Shown in pieces: positions 9,211 to 19,255 of a stretch of 63,129 nucleotides of DNA. This DNA comes from a virus. Taxonomy: Duplodnaviria > Caudoviricetes. The notes beneath the pieces were generated by a model. The model ran no database searches and was not told the origin of the DNA. It saw nothing but the letters and a program-made list of their open reading frames with translations. The stretch is taken from positions 1 through 63,129 of IMG/VR virus record IMGVR_UViG_3300017700_000778, one strand, 5' to 3'. The number at the start of each line of letters is the position of its first letter. Within the stretch, counting starts at the first letter, position 1. The position numbers and the translations under genes are program-made.

Positions 9211-10311
9211 ATGGAGCTGAATATGGCCGACATCATCACTGCAGCCAGCCTGCGTGCAAATCCCAACCCAATCGATCCGGACGTCAAGGTCCCCGCCGCG
9301 GTCCGCCGCGCCGCCGAAGCAGCAGATGCCGCACAGCGCGCTGCGTATCCGGGACAAGCCGAAGAGCCTGCGCCGCCCGCGCCACCAACCAATCCTGACA
9401 CCATCAACATCGCACCGCCTTCTCCGCCCCCTACTCCCCAGCCGCCCGCGCCGCCGGTTACCCCGCCGGGTAATGAACCGACCCCGCCGCAGCCGACCAC
9501 TGGCAGCGCCGAAGATTGGGCGCAGAAGTTTCGTTCGGCGGAGGGACGCCGCCTGAAGCTGGAGCAGCAGCTCGGTCAAGCGCACGATCGCATTGCGCTG
9601 TTCGAAGGTGAGCTCAATGAGCTGCGTGCCCGTATCAACGCGGCACCGGCGCCGACACCTGCGCAGACCCGGCTTGTGACTGAGCAGGAGGAGAATGAGT
9701 TCGGACCTGAGATGCTCGACGTCATGGGGCGTCGGGCCAAGGAGAGTATTTCTCCGGAGCTTGCAGAGCTGCGCAGCATGATGAACACGCTCGCAAGCAA
9801 AGTGGATGGAGCCACTACCGCGGTCACGCGCAACGCGCGCGCCGACATGCTGAAGGATTTGGATCGCGATCTTCCTGAGTGGCGGCAGATCAATATCACC
9901 GATGAATTTAAGGCGTGGCTGGCCTTGCCAGACCCGTATTTCGGTGCTAGTCGTCACAGTGCACTTACCAAGGCATACGAGCAGAACGACACTGCGCGCG
10001 TGCTGAACTTCTTCAACGGCTTCGTGTCTGATTTGGCTGCATCGACCCCCGCGACCGATCTTACTGTTCAGCCTGCGCCCGCTCCCCAGCCGGCAAGGCC
10101 TACACTGGAAGCTCTAGCGGCACCGGGCAGAGCCAGAACGTCGGCGCAACCCAATGCCCCGGCTGAGAAGCAGATCATCACCACGGCCGACATCGATGCG
10201 TTCTACGCAGCAGTGCGACGCGGTGCCTACAGAGGCCGAGAGGCGGAGCAGGCATCGTTGGAGCAGGAGCTGTTCGCAGCGCAGCGGGAAGGCCGAGTTC
10301 GGGCCGCATAG
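9211..10311 (+). CDS. Probable scaffolding protein
   Basis: Pro-rich plus coiled coil, immediately upstream of the MCP; ends AQREGRV. Confidence 0.75.
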   Translation: MELNMADIITAASLRANPNPIDPDVKVPAAVRRAAEAADAAQRAAYPGQAEEPAPPAPPTNPDTINIAPPSPPPTPQPPAPPVTPPGNEPTPPQPTTGSAEDWAQKFRSAEGRRLKLEQQLGQAHDRIALFEGELNELRARINAAPAPTPAQTRLVTEQEENEFGPEMLDVMGRRAKESISPELAELRSMMNTLASKVDGATTAVTRNARADMLKDLDRDLPEWRQINITDEFKAWLALPDPYFGASRHSALTKAYEQNDTARVLNFFNGFVSDLAASTPATDLTVQPAPAPQPARPTLEALAAPGRARTSAQPNAPAEKQIITTADIDAFYAAVRRGAYRGREAEQASLEQELFAAQREGRVRAA

Positions 10312-10342
10312 GCCCATCTTCTCAGCATAAGGGCTCAAAGCC

Positions 10343-11335
10343 ATGGCGTTTCCCGTCGCATCAGGCGTCACCACTCCTCCGATCTACCCCGCCGGTTCGG
10401 CGGGCAACGGCCTCTCCGGTTCGGGCTACATCCCCGAAATCTGGAGCGGCAAGCTCATCGAGAAGTTCTACGCCAGCACCGTGCTGGCTGCGATCTCGAA
10501 CACCGACTACGAAGGCGAAATCAAGTCGCATGGCGACAAGGTGCACATCCGCACCAAGCCGACCATCACCATCCGACCGTATCTCGCCGACGCCGCGCTG
10601 GAGCTCGAGCGCCCGCAGGGCAACCAAGTCATCCTGAATATCGATCAGGGCCAGTACTTCAACACGATCCTCGACGACGTGATGAAGGTCCAGAGCGACA
10701 TCACCCTGATGTCCATGTGGGCCGAAGACGCCGGCGAGCAGATGAAGATCGTCATCGACCGCGCTGTTATGCTGGGCATCAAGGATCAGGCCGCTGCCGC
10801 CAACCGCGGTGTCGCCGCCGGCGCCATCACCGGCACGATCAACCTTGGTGCTTCCGGTACGCCGCTGAACATCGTCACGGGTTCGCCCACGGGCGGCGAG
10901 GTCGATGTGCTCGACATGATGATGCGTCTGGGTCAGGTGCTCGACGAGCAGAACATCCCGGAGACGGGTCGCTGGATCGTCATGCCGACGTGGACCGCCA
11001 CCATGGTCAAGCGTTCGGAACTGCGTCAGGCGTACCTGTCGGGCGACGCTGTCTCGATGCTCCGCAACGGGCGTCTGGGCATGGTCGACCGGTTCACGCT
11101 CTACACCTCCAACCTGATGCCGTTCGGCGTCTCGGGCGGGCTGCTGTCGGGCGAGTTCATCATCTACGCCGGCCAGAGCCACGCGCTCACCTTCGCCTCG
11201 CAGATGATCCAGATGGAGACGCTTCGCTCCGAACTGACCTTCGGTCAGGTCATGCGCGGCCTGCAGGTGTACGGCTACAAGGTGCTGGACGGCACTGCGC
11301 TCGCGCAGGCCATCGTCACCAAGGGCACTCACTAA
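10343..11335 (+). CDS. Major capsid protein
   Basis: IPEIWSGKL, NTDYEGEI, GDKVHI, RGLQVYGYKV motifs of phage coat proteins. Confidence 0.9.
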   Translation: MAFPVASGVTTPPIYPAGSAGNGLSGSGYIPEIWSGKLIEKFYASTVLAAISNTDYEGEIKSHGDKVHIRTKPTITIRPYLADAALELERPQGNQVILNIDQGQYFNTILDDVMKVQSDITLMSMWAEDAGEQMKIVIDRAVMLGIKDQAAAANRGVAAGAITGTINLGASGTPLNIVTGSPTGGEVDVLDMMMRLGQVLDEQNIPETGRWIVMPTWTATMVKRSELRQAYLSGDAVSMLRNGRLGMVDRFTLYTSNLMPFGVSGGLLSGEFIIYAGQSHALTFASQMIQMETLRSELTFGQVMRGLQVYGYKVLDGTALAQAIVTKGTH

Positions 11336-11341
11336 GTGATC

Positions 11342-11367
11342 GGGGCCGGCTAACACCGGCCCCCTTC
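11342..11367 (+). terminator. Hairpin after the MCP gene
   Basis: GGGGCCGG-CTAACA-CCGGCCCC-TT. Confidence 0.55.
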
Positions 11368-11388
11368 GCGTTATCCGGTGAGGACCCC

Positions 11389-11730
11389 ATGGCGCTCGAG
11401 ACTGTCTCCAAATACGTGGCCTATGCGCGTGAGCTTCTCCAAGATGAGAAAGACACGCCGTACCGCTATTCGGATGCCAGCCTCGTGCGCGCCCTGTCGC
11501 TGGCTCTCCCGGAAGCCAAGAAGCTCAGGCCCGATCTTTTCATCAACGTGACGATCCCGGACATCACCGTCAACGACAACACGGTCGTGCCGATGGACGA
11601 GATGTACCGCACGCCACTGGTCTACTACATGTGCGGCATTGCACAGCTACGGGACGACGAAGAAGTCACCGATCAGCGCGCAGCCGCGTTCCTTGGGATG
11701 TTCCAAGCCAAACTGGTAGCAGGCGTGTAA
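11389..11730 (+). CDS. Putative head-tail adaptor
   Basis: GAGG RBS; ARELLQD...RYSD...LRPDLF; located after the MCP. Confidence 0.65.
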   Translation: MALETVSKYVAYARELLQDEKDTPYRYSDASLVRALSLALPEAKKLRPDLFINVTIPDITVNDNTVVPMDEMYRTPLVYYMCGIAQLRDDEEVTDQRAAAFLGMFQAKLVAGV

Positions 11731-12383
11731 TGGCAGCAGACATCGACCGGCTCATGAACAATGCAAGAACCAGCCTGCCCGGTGCAACGGACCCCCAGTT
11801 GCAGATGCAGCTGTTCAACGTGATGGATGAGTTCTTCAAGAAGTCGAACGTGTGGAACGAGGACATCGACATCAATATCCCCGGTATGGACCCGGCTGGA
11901 ACGATCTACGAGCTCACGCCCACTGGGCCCGCGCTTATCGACAAGCTGCTCTGGGTTTTCGAAAAGCCCGATAGCGACAGCATGGAGCGCGGCCCCGGCG
12001 TTGCCGCGGCGATGTCCATACCCGGAGAGCTCACCCTCCGCCTACAGCCTTCGAGCAACGTGGTCTATCGGGTGTCGGTCGTGCTCACGGTGCAAGACCC
12101 AACGCTCCGCAATGGCTACGTGACGTTCCCCGCGTGGGTGCTGGCAAAGTATCGTGACTGCATTCTGAATGGCTTGCTGGGGCGCATGATGTCGCAGCCG
12201 GGCAAGCCATACACGAACACCCAGCTGTCGGTGTTTCACATGCGAAAGTTCATCGGGGCTACGGCCTCAGCTCGCGTCGAGTGGACGCGCAACAATACCT
12301 ATCGCGCGCAAGCTTGGGCTTTCCCACAAGGCTTCTCACGAGGCTCGCAAAGGGGTAGCTCCGGGTGGGGCGGCCCGGTATAA
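11730..12383 (+). CDS. Putative adaptor/tail tubular protein A-like
   Basis: TAATG coupling; RMMSQPGKPYTN motif; position in module. Confidence 0.65.
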   Translation: MAADIDRLMNNARTSLPGATDPQLQMQLFNVMDEFFKKSNVWNEDIDINIPGMDPAGTIYELTPTGPALIDKLLWVFEKPDSDSMERGPGVAAAMSIPGELTLRLQPSSNVVYRVSVVLTVQDPTLRNGYVTFPAWVLAKYRDCILNGLLGRMMSQPGKPYTNTQLSVFHMRKFIGATASARVEWTRNNTYRAQAWAFPQGFSRGSQRGSSGWGGPV

Positions 12384-12392
12384 GGAGCGATC

Positions 12393-12836
12393 ATGTCCAA
12401 GAGCGATTTTCTCGAGAACGCACTTCTCAAACTGATCTTCAACGCAACTGCGATCGCCAACATCGCGGACAACGCCGCTGCGTCGCCACTCACGAACCTC
12501 TACTGGGCGCTCCATACCGCGGACCCCGGCGATGCCGGCACGCAGGCGACCAGCGAGACCGCCTACGGCTCCTACGCCCGGCAGGCAGTGGCACGCACCA
12601 CCGGCGGCATGACCGCGGCGACCGTCGGCAGCACATCGCCAGTGGCGAACGTCGTCTTTCCCGCGGCGACCACGCCAGCCCTCCCGACGGTGTCTTCCAT
12701 CACGCATTTTTCGATCGGCGTGGCTATCAGCGGCGCCACCAATATTCTCTACAGTGGCACGGTTACACCCAACATCAACGTCAGCGCCGGCGTGCAGCCG
12801 ATCCTCACGACTGCGTCGGCGATCACGGAGGACTAA
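12393..12836 (+). CDS. Virion structural protein
   Basis: SDFLENALL...ALHTADPG...YARQAV motif common in phage tail-associated proteins. Confidence 0.8.
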   Translation: MSKSDFLENALLKLIFNATAIANIADNAAASPLTNLYWALHTADPGDAGTQATSETAYGSYARQAVARTTGGMTAATVGSTSPVANVVFPAATTPALPTVSSITHFSIGVAISGATNILYSGTVTPNINVSAGVQPILTTASAITED

Positions 12837-13088
12837 ATGGCTGAAGTCGACAACAATGCAGTTCAGGTCTACGGCGCTGCGATCTCGGCGAACACCGGCG
12901 GCCCGAACTCGGAATTCACACGTGACGCGTCCAAGGTCATCCAGTATGCCATGACGCATGCAGTCACCCGTGCATACCAAGAAGGCGCGACAGAGCCTGA
13001 AGTGGTGAACGCCCGGATGATGTTTGCTCGCGAGCAGGCCAAGAAATTCTTGAAGTACCTTGACGAGCTGGTGTACCCGGTTTCGTAG
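12837..13088 (+). CDS. Hypothetical protein
   Basis: Operon packing. Confidence 0.65.
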   Translation: MAEVDNNAVQVYGAAISANTGGPNSEFTRDASKVIQYAMTHAVTRAYQEGATEPEVVNARMMFAREQAKKFLKYLDELVYPVS

Positions 13089-13111
13089 GTAACCTCACGA
13101 GGTAACTAACA

Positions 13112-14095
13112 GTGGCGTCTATTCTCGATGCAGTCCTCTTCACTCCTACGCTAGGCGGCACCACGGACTGGGTGGTGTCTTCTGCTGTGACAGGGTACTT
13201 GACGCCAACTGCATCTGGCGCGGTGAACGGGAAGACGTACTACTATCGCGCGGAAGACGCCGCCAAGTCACAGTGGGAAGAAGGCTATGGTGTCTGGAAT
13301 TCGGGTACGAGCACGCTCACTCGAGTAGCAGTGCTGTTCAATTCGCTGGGCACTACGGCGAAGATCAACTTCACGACTGTACCGCAGGTCGGCATTGTGC
13401 TCACGTCGAGCATGATCCTCCAGTTCGACGACGCCATGTCGTTGACAACTACACAAAAGAAGCAGGCACATTCGAACTTATTCGTTGCGCCGGTCACGAC
13501 GATCCTGACCAGCGGAACAGCTGCGACGTGGACGCCGACCGCTGGATGTTTGCTGGCGGATATCGAGGTTCTTGGAGGCGGTGCTGGCGGTGCTGGCGGC
13601 GGCGGGGCAGGTGCCGGCAATGGCACGGCTGGAAGCTCTACCACGTTTGGCTCACTTACTGCATCAGGCGGCGCTATAATTACCAGTCAAATTGTGCCTG
13701 GGGCGCCGGGTACTGGGACCGGAGGCGATGAGAATATCTCTGGTGGCTATGGTCAATATGGTGGCCCCAGCACTGTAATCCCCGGTGGGCAGGGCGGTAG
13801 CACTATCATTCCGGGCGGTGGAATTGGCGGTGCGGCGGCAGCTAACGGGGTCGGGTCTAACGCTGCTGCAAATTCAGGCAGTGGCGGGGGCGGTGGCTCT
13901 ACCAACAATGCGGCGTATAACGTGGGCGCTGGTGGATCAGCAGGTGGCGTATGCAGGAAACTACTTGCTTCGCCAACGGCGCTTACCTACACGATAGGTG
14001 CAGGCGGTACCGGTGGCGCTGCAGGGGCGAATGGTACGGCTGGCGGTAATGGCGCCGCCGGTCGAATTAGGATCATCGAATATTTTGGGAGCTAA
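13112..14095 (+). CDS. Glycine-rich tail fiber-like protein
   Basis: WEEGYG N-terminal module; GGGAGG...GAAGRIRIIEY glycine-rich domain. Confidence 0.8.
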   Translation: MASILDAVLFTPTLGGTTDWVVSSAVTGYLTPTASGAVNGKTYYYRAEDAAKSQWEEGYGVWNSGTSTLTRVAVLFNSLGTTAKINFTTVPQVGIVLTSSMILQFDDAMSLTTTQKKQAHSNLFVAPVTTILTSGTAATWTPTAGCLLADIEVLGGGAGGAGGGGAGAGNGTAGSSTTFGSLTASGGAIITSQIVPGAPGTGTGGDENISGGYGQYGGPSTVIPGGQGGSTIIPGGGIGGAAAANGVGSNAAANSGSGGGGGSTNNAAYNVGAGGSAGGVCRKLLASPTALTYTIGAGGTGGAAGANGTAGGNGAAGRIRIIEYFGS

Positions 14096-14096
14096 A

Positions 14097-14666
14097 ATGA
14101 AGCGCGATGTTTTTGGAAGTCTTATTTGCGACGGCGAGTTTCCGCCGCCGGATATTCTGACGAGCGGGGGGTTTTCACACGATATCCGCAGCTGCGTCGT
14201 GATTTTTAATCCGGCGAATAGTGGCGTGAAATTCACACTTACCGGCGGGTCGTACGCTTGGACTGTCGTGAAGCGCTGGCTCGATACGGTTGCAGGTGGC
14301 GCTACGGTATTCTTCAACGGTCACGGCATTGACATGATCCGGCTCGACGCTATGCCGCCCGGCAATATCGAAGGCACTCCAGCCAGCCCATTGAGCGCGC
14401 CGTATTCCAAGGCGCTCGCGTTTTGCGATTTCGGCGAGTCTGGCCTTTCGCCCATCATGCTGCACAGCTATCGCGCCCAAGGTGTCAATCTCCCGAGCGG
14501 CTACCTTTTCAAGGAGCTGTGGGAAAAACAGAATGGCAACAGCAGGAATTTCGATCTTGACCGTGACGTTATCATTCATCCCGGTCAAGGTATTCTCGCG
14601 CGCCCAGCACAGCCGAGCTGCTACAACATCCTCAATGTCGCCGGCTACATCGAACCTATCGAGTAA
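14097..14666 (+). CDS. Hypothetical tail-module protein
   Basis: GGAG RBS, ATG at 14097. Confidence 0.65.
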   Translation: MKRDVFGSLICDGEFPPPDILTSGGFSHDIRSCVVIFNPANSGVKFTLTGGSYAWTVVKRWLDTVAGGATVFFNGHGIDMIRLDAMPPGNIEGTPASPLSAPYSKALAFCDFGESGLSPIMLHSYRAQGVNLPSGYLFKELWEKQNGNSRNFDLDRDVIIHPGQGILARPAQPSCYNILNVAGYIEPIE

Positions 14667-14669
14667 CCA

Positions 14670-15371
14670 ATGCACCTCGGCGTCAGCCCAGTAGCAACAC
14701 GGCCGATGACGGCGCTCGTAAGCGCCGGCACTGGTCCTGTTTTCGCTGTCGCTGCTTCGGCCGGCGCCGGGGTATCACTGGCCATCATGCAAGCAGTAGC
14801 TCGATCCGTGGCTGTTGCTTCTGGTGCAGGCGCTGCTAATGCCACCATGGCGCCCCAGACTAGATCAGTAGCCAATGCTGCTGGTATAAGTGGCGTAGCC
14901 GCGGTAGGAGCGCCGAGGGCTACAGCCGTTGCGGTGGCTTCCGGGATGGGGATTGCAGCTGCGCTGTCTGCATCTCAAGCCCGCTCGGTAGCGGCTGCTT
15001 CGGGGGTTGGCGCAGCAAATGCTATTGGTTTCTCGATGCGCTTTTCGACAGCTGCATCAGCAGGCTTCGGCGGCGCCAGTGGCATCTTGCGCGCGCAAGT
15101 TACTTCGGTGGGTAACGCTTCGGGGTCGGGCTCGGCAACTGCCAGCAATAGTCCGGCCAGTGTCGCGAGAGCAGCTGGTACGAGTTCTGCGACTGCGGTG
15201 TCGTACGCTTTCTTTTCTGACGCAGAGCGCATTTGCGTTCCGTTCGAAATTCGAACTACCAGTGTGACTTTTGAAAACAGAACAGCTATCGTTCCGTCGG
15301 AAGATCGGGTATGGCTATTGCCAGCTGAGGCCCGCGGGACCGGTCTAGGCCCGCGAAAGAGGACTTGCTGA
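14670..15371 (+). CDS. Ala/Ser-rich repetitive virion protein
   Basis: Repeats of RSVAxASGxGxA. Confidence 0.7.
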   Translation: MHLGVSPVATRPMTALVSAGTGPVFAVAASAGAGVSLAIMQAVARSVAVASGAGAANATMAPQTRSVANAAGISGVAAVGAPRATAVAVASGMGIAAALSASQARSVAAASGVGAANAIGFSMRFSTAASAGFGGASGILRAQVTSVGNASGSGSATASNSPASVARAAGTSSATAVSYAFFSDAERICVPFEIRTTSVTFENRTAIVPSEDRVWLLPAEARGTGLGPRKRTC

Positions 15372-15670
15372 TGGCCTTGCAGAAATACACCAAAGCTTCG
15401 ACAGACCGTAAGCGGTACCAGATCAACTATGACGATTGGTTAGATACTGGTGAGGGGCTGCTCGCTGTAGTATTCACGGTTGAGAGTAATCTGGCGGCGC
15501 CGCTCCTTGTTGTAGATGGCGTCCAGATACTTCCCGACAGCCGGTCCGTGCAGTACTATGTGGCTGGCGGTGTCGATGGCGTGACTTACCGCATCCTCGC
15601 CGATGCAACCACAACCACTGGCCCCCAGCAAAAGCTGGACGAAATCCTCATGACGATCAGGGAACCGTAA
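15371..15670 (+). CDS. Putative fiber adaptor protein
   Basis: RYQINYDDWL...GGVDGVTYRI. Confidence 0.7.
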   Translation: MALQKYTKASTDRKRYQINYDDWLDTGEGLLAVVFTVESNLAAPLLVVDGVQILPDSRSVQYYVAGGVDGVTYRILADATTTTGPQQKLDEILMTIREP

Positions 15671-16530
15671 TGGCCATCGAAATCAAACATGCGTTTACGT
15701 CCTTGAAAGGCGATGGTGGCGACGCTACGCTTGTGCGCCCCTCCAACTGGAACGCTGCGCATAGTACGTCTATGGCTACCGGCAGGCTCTTGGGCCGGAC
15801 TACCGCGGGCGTTGGTGCGTTCGAAGAAATCCCAATTTCATCGTTGGTGGCTGCTGCGCTGGATGAGACCACCGGCGAAGCGTTTCTCGCTGCTCTAGGC
15901 GCTGGTGGCTTTGAAACTGGTGACGTGAAGTTCACGATCAATCCGAGCTCCCCCGCAGGATGGGTGAGATACGCTAACGAGATGACGATCGGGAAGGCCG
16001 GCTCTGGCGCCTCCTACGCCGCCGCTGACGCGCAAGCGCTTTATTTGATGATCTATGACAATATCCCAAATACGTTTTGCGCAGTTAGCGGGGGGCGCTC
16101 TGGAAACTCGCTTACTGATTTCAACGCTGGAAAAACTATCCAGCTACCGCGCATATCGGGCAGGTCTATCATTGGCGTCACCACAGGTGCGGGGCTTAGT
16201 GCACGCGCGCTTGGGCAATACGGCGGTAACGAGGACGAGCCCATTCTTGTGGCGAACTTGCCCGCCGCCGCCCCTTCATTTACAGGCACAACTGGGCTCG
16301 TGTCGGTTGTGTCTAGCCAGACGGGGTTTATCACTGGCGTTACGGGTCTAACCACAGCAGCGGTCAGTGGAGGCGGATTACAAGGCTCCAACAACGCCGC
16401 GGGCCTTTCCACTTTCGTCAATTCGCAGGGTAACTTCACGCCTTCTGGAACCATCTCAAATTTGGGTTCGGGCGTGGCCCACAACAACATGCATCCGTTT
16501 GTTGCTATGTACGCAAAGATAAAGCTATGA
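15670..16530 (+). CDS. Tail fiber protein with collar domain
   Basis: TGDVK...PAGW...LPRISGR...AHNNMHP collar motifs. Confidence 0.8.
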   Translation: MAIEIKHAFTSLKGDGGDATLVRPSNWNAAHSTSMATGRLLGRTTAGVGAFEEIPISSLVAAALDETTGEAFLAALGAGGFETGDVKFTINPSSPAGWVRYANEMTIGKAGSGASYAAADAQALYLMIYDNIPNTFCAVSGGRSGNSLTDFNAGKTIQLPRISGRSIIGVTTGAGLSARALGQYGGNEDEPILVANLPAAAPSFTGTTGLVSVVSSQTGFITGVTGLTTAAVSGGGLQGSNNAAGLSTFVNSQGNFTPSGTISNLGSGVAHNNMHPFVAMYAKIKL

Positions 16531-17798
16531 GATCATCCAGAGCAGCAGTCGATCTGATCGTCGCGCATGAAGTAACAAGTCGTGCCGTGTACGAAAAGAA
16601 ATATCAGCGCCCGGAGTGGCCCGGCGTTGCATCGGGCACCACAGTGGGCATCGGGTACGATCTCGGCTACAACACCGTGATCGACATTGCGAACGACTGG
16701 CGCGGCAAACTGCCAATCCATGTGATCGAGGCCATGCAGAATTACGCCGGTGTCACCGGCGAAAAAGCGCGCGTCGCGCTCCCGGCCGCTCGACTACAGA
16801 TACTCGTTCCGTGGGATGCAGCCATGGCGGTGTTCATGGGAGTGAGCCTCCCCAAGTTTGAGGACAAGGTACTTCGCGCGTGCCCCGGCTCCGAGCAGCT
16901 CCCGGCTGGTTGCTTCGGCGTGCTCACCAGCCTGACGTATAACCGTGGCGCCAGCTTTACGAAAGCAGGCGATCGTTATCGCGAGATGCGAAACATCCGT
17001 GCGCATGTTGTCGCCGGACGATGGGACGAAGTATCCGGCGAAATTCGCAGCATGAAGCGGTTGTGGCCAACTGTCGCCGGGCTCTTACGGCGACGCGAAG
17101 AAGAAGCCGCGTTGTGGGATGCGAGCTTGCGCGCGGCCCCCGTGAGTGCGCAGCGCGATGAACCCATGCGCAACGATACAGGCGACGACAAAGACGAAGG
17201 GCCCGACGAGCCCGTTACCCCGTCAGGTAACATCAACGTGCAGCCGGACAGCAAGTATTCGTTCGAAGCTGAAATAGTACAGCGCGATCTCATCTCGCTG
17301 AAGTACTTCGAAGTCGGCGAACCCAATGGCGATGCCGGTGGCAAGACGGTGGCTGGCATCGCCGCCTTCATGACAGATCGCGGCAAAGACCCCAACAAGG
17401 GACGCATCACGCCAGAGCTCAAGGCCGAGATCGCTGCAGCAAAACTCGAGAAGCTCCCGGATGGTACTCCGTGGTCGCGGCCTATTGCGAAAACCCGCGC
17501 AGAGGCGACGGCAAAAGATATTGCGCCGAAGGTCGAGAGCGTCAACCAGACATGGTACACGAAACTGTGGGCCTACATTCTTGGCGTCCCTTCCGCCGCC
17601 GTGGCTCTTTTCAAAAGCATTTTTGGAGACTATAACGACCCAACCAGCTACATCTATTCGGTGAAGAGTTTCTTCGGTGCGATCCCCAGCGAGTACTATC
17701 TTTTCGCTGTGGCCGCCGGCGCTGTGGTTATCCTGATCTACGCGGGCAGGGCTCAGAACGCGACCGTGAAAGCCTACAACGAAGGAAAGATTAACTGA
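16527..17798 (+). CDS. Endolysin (lysozyme-fold muramidase) with C-terminal membrane segments
   Basis: HE...PEWPGVASGTTVGIGYDLG, LTYNRG, GLLRRREEEA; two C-terminal hydrophobic helices. Confidence 0.82.
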   Translation: MRSSRAAVDLIVAHEVTSRAVYEKKYQRPEWPGVASGTTVGIGYDLGYNTVIDIANDWRGKLPIHVIEAMQNYAGVTGEKARVALPAARLQILVPWDAAMAVFMGVSLPKFEDKVLRACPGSEQLPAGCFGVLTSLTYNRGASFTKAGDRYREMRNIRAHVVAGRWDEVSGEIRSMKRLWPTVAGLLRRREEEAALWDASLRAAPVSAQRDEPMRNDTGDDKDEGPDEPVTPSGNINVQPDSKYSFEAEIVQRDLISLKYFEVGEPNGDAGGKTVAGIAAFMTDRGKDPNKGRITPELKAEIAAAKLEKLPDGTPWSRPIAKTRAEATAKDIAPKVESVNQTWYTKLWAYILGVPSAAVALFKSIFGDYNDPTSYIYSVKSFFGAIPSEYYLFAVAAGAVVILIYAGRAQNATVKAYNEGKIN

Positions 17799-18172
17799 TG
17801 CCGGCAATATGGCTTGCGGTGAGCGGCGTGTTCGCGATGATCCCTGACTGGCTCAAAAAGCTGCTCGGCGTGCTCATTGTACTCGCAATTGTGTTTGCTG
17901 CGGGTAATGTTCGTGGTAAGCGAATTGCACGCGAAGAATGTGAAGCGGCCGCCCGGCGCGCGCAGACCGCAGCAGACAAGCAGGACAGGCAGGCTGGCGT
18001 CGAAGTCCAGCAGCAGGATGATCAAGTCAACACGTATCTCACCCAGCAGAAGAAGGCAGACGATGACAAAATCGCAGCACTCGAAAAGCAGCTCAAGGGC
18101 TCGAAGTGTCTATACGACAAGTCTACTGCTGATCCTGACGACAGTCCTCGGCGCGTGCGGCCATCTCGGTGA
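17798..18172 (+). CDS. Rz-like i-spanin
   Basis: N-terminal TM helix plus coiled coil, after the endolysin. Confidence 0.7.
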   Translation: MPAIWLAVSGVFAMIPDWLKKLLGVLIVLAIVFAAGNVRGKRIAREECEAAARRAQTAADKQDRQAGVEVQQQDDQVNTYLTQQKKADDDKIAALEKQLKGSKCLYDKSTADPDDSPRRVRPSR

Positions 18173-18404
18173 TCCGCCGGCGCGGGAGCCGGTCACCCGA
18201 GATATCCCGGGGCCGCCCTCCTCGCTGCAGCCGGCCACTATTCCGCCGGCGCGCGAAGGGTCTTCACCGTATGTCGTGGCGGAACAACGCAAGCAGGTAA
18301 TCGTTCGACAGAACGCGGTTATTGTCGGCGCGCGCAAAGCGTGGACCAACATGAAAGCCACGTACCAGAAAAGCTTCGTCAAGCGATCCCTGTTCGGCCA
18401 ATAG
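18063..18404 (+). CDS. Rz1-like o-spanin lipoprotein
   Basis: Lipobox VLGAC, Pro-rich, overlaps the i-spanin gene in another frame. Confidence 0.65.
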   Translation: MTKSQHSKSSSRARSVYTTSLLLILTTVLGACGHLGDPPAREPVTRDIPGPPSSLQPATIPPAREGSSPYVVAEQRKQVIVRQNAVIVGARKAWTNMKATYQKSFVKRSLFGQ

Positions 18405-18409
18405 CGAGG

Positions 18410-18679
18410 ATGCAAGTGGCTCCAGAAAACGAAGACGCTTGGAACTTGGTGATGGCAGAGACCACGGACCCGGAGGTGCGGTTGCGCCTGCTGGCGTTTA
18501 GAGTGTCAGTTCTCACTCGAGAAAGAGAGCAGCTGGAGAAACGGGTAGAGAGCCTCGAGCTGGCATACACCATGGGCCGGGGAATATTTTGGGCCGCGCC
18601 ATTTCTCGCCATGGTGACAGGCTTCCTGTGGTATAACTGGTCGCGGCTTTCGGCGCCGTGGTCCGGGAAATCGCCGTGA
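18410..18679 (+). CDS. Membrane protein, possible holin
   Basis: Coiled coil plus one C-terminal TM helix, within the lysis cluster. Confidence 0.55.
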   Translation: MQVAPENEDAWNLVMAETTDPEVRLRLLAFRVSVLTREREQLEKRVESLELAYTMGRGIFWAAPFLAMVTGFLWYNWSRLSAPWSGKSP

Positions 18680-18858
18680 AAAAGAACCCGAACAAAATCG
18701 TGATGCCCGAGCTCAAGATCGATAGCTTGTACCGGGCCATGAAAGACAGCTTGAAGAAGCCCTTCATCGGGGTTACTCAAGGTGGATCGAGCCGCAAGAA
18801 TGCTGGGGCTCGAGTTGCAGCCCGAGACGCCCAAGTGAAACAATCGAAAGGTACCTAG
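18676..18858 (+). CDS. Small basic hypothetical protein
   Basis: GTGA coupling. Confidence 0.5.
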   Translation: MKKNPNKIVMPELKIDSLYRAMKDSLKKPFIGVTQGGSSRKNAGARVAARDAQVKQSKGT

Positions 18859-19251
18859 ATGACCGATACCCCTCAGACCGCTACCGCTCCGGGTGTGAAC
18901 CCGGCAACTGTAGCCTCAAACCCGAACCCTGCGCCGGCGCAGAACAATCCGAACGCCACCCGCGAAGCGGCGGACAAGGATGCGCTCGCCCGCAACCCGG
19001 CTACGCAGCGCGCTGCGCATGAGCAGGTGACCACCGGTGCTGGCCGGCAGGTGAACCGCAGCTCGAACCTGATCACCAACCCGCCGGCACCGGTCGATCC
19101 GGACGCTCCGGAGAAGGCGCCGGATATGCAGGGTTTGCCGCAGGGTACGATCGACGAGATGAACGCCGGTCGGAGGGCTCTGGAACGCAATCGTCCGGTT
19201 GCTCAGGAGCTCGAAGCTCGTCGCGGCGACGCTCCTCCGAAGCAGGCGTAA
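18859..19251 (+). CDS. Hypothetical low-complexity protein
   Basis: ORF with phage-like codon usage. Confidence 0.65.
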   Translation: MTDTPQTATAPGVNPATVASNPNPAPAQNNPNATREAADKDALARNPATQRAAHEQVTTGAGRQVNRSSNLITNPPAPVDPDAPEKAPDMQGLPQGTIDEMNAGRRALERNRPVAQELEARRGDAPPKQA

Positions 19252-19255
19252 CCAA

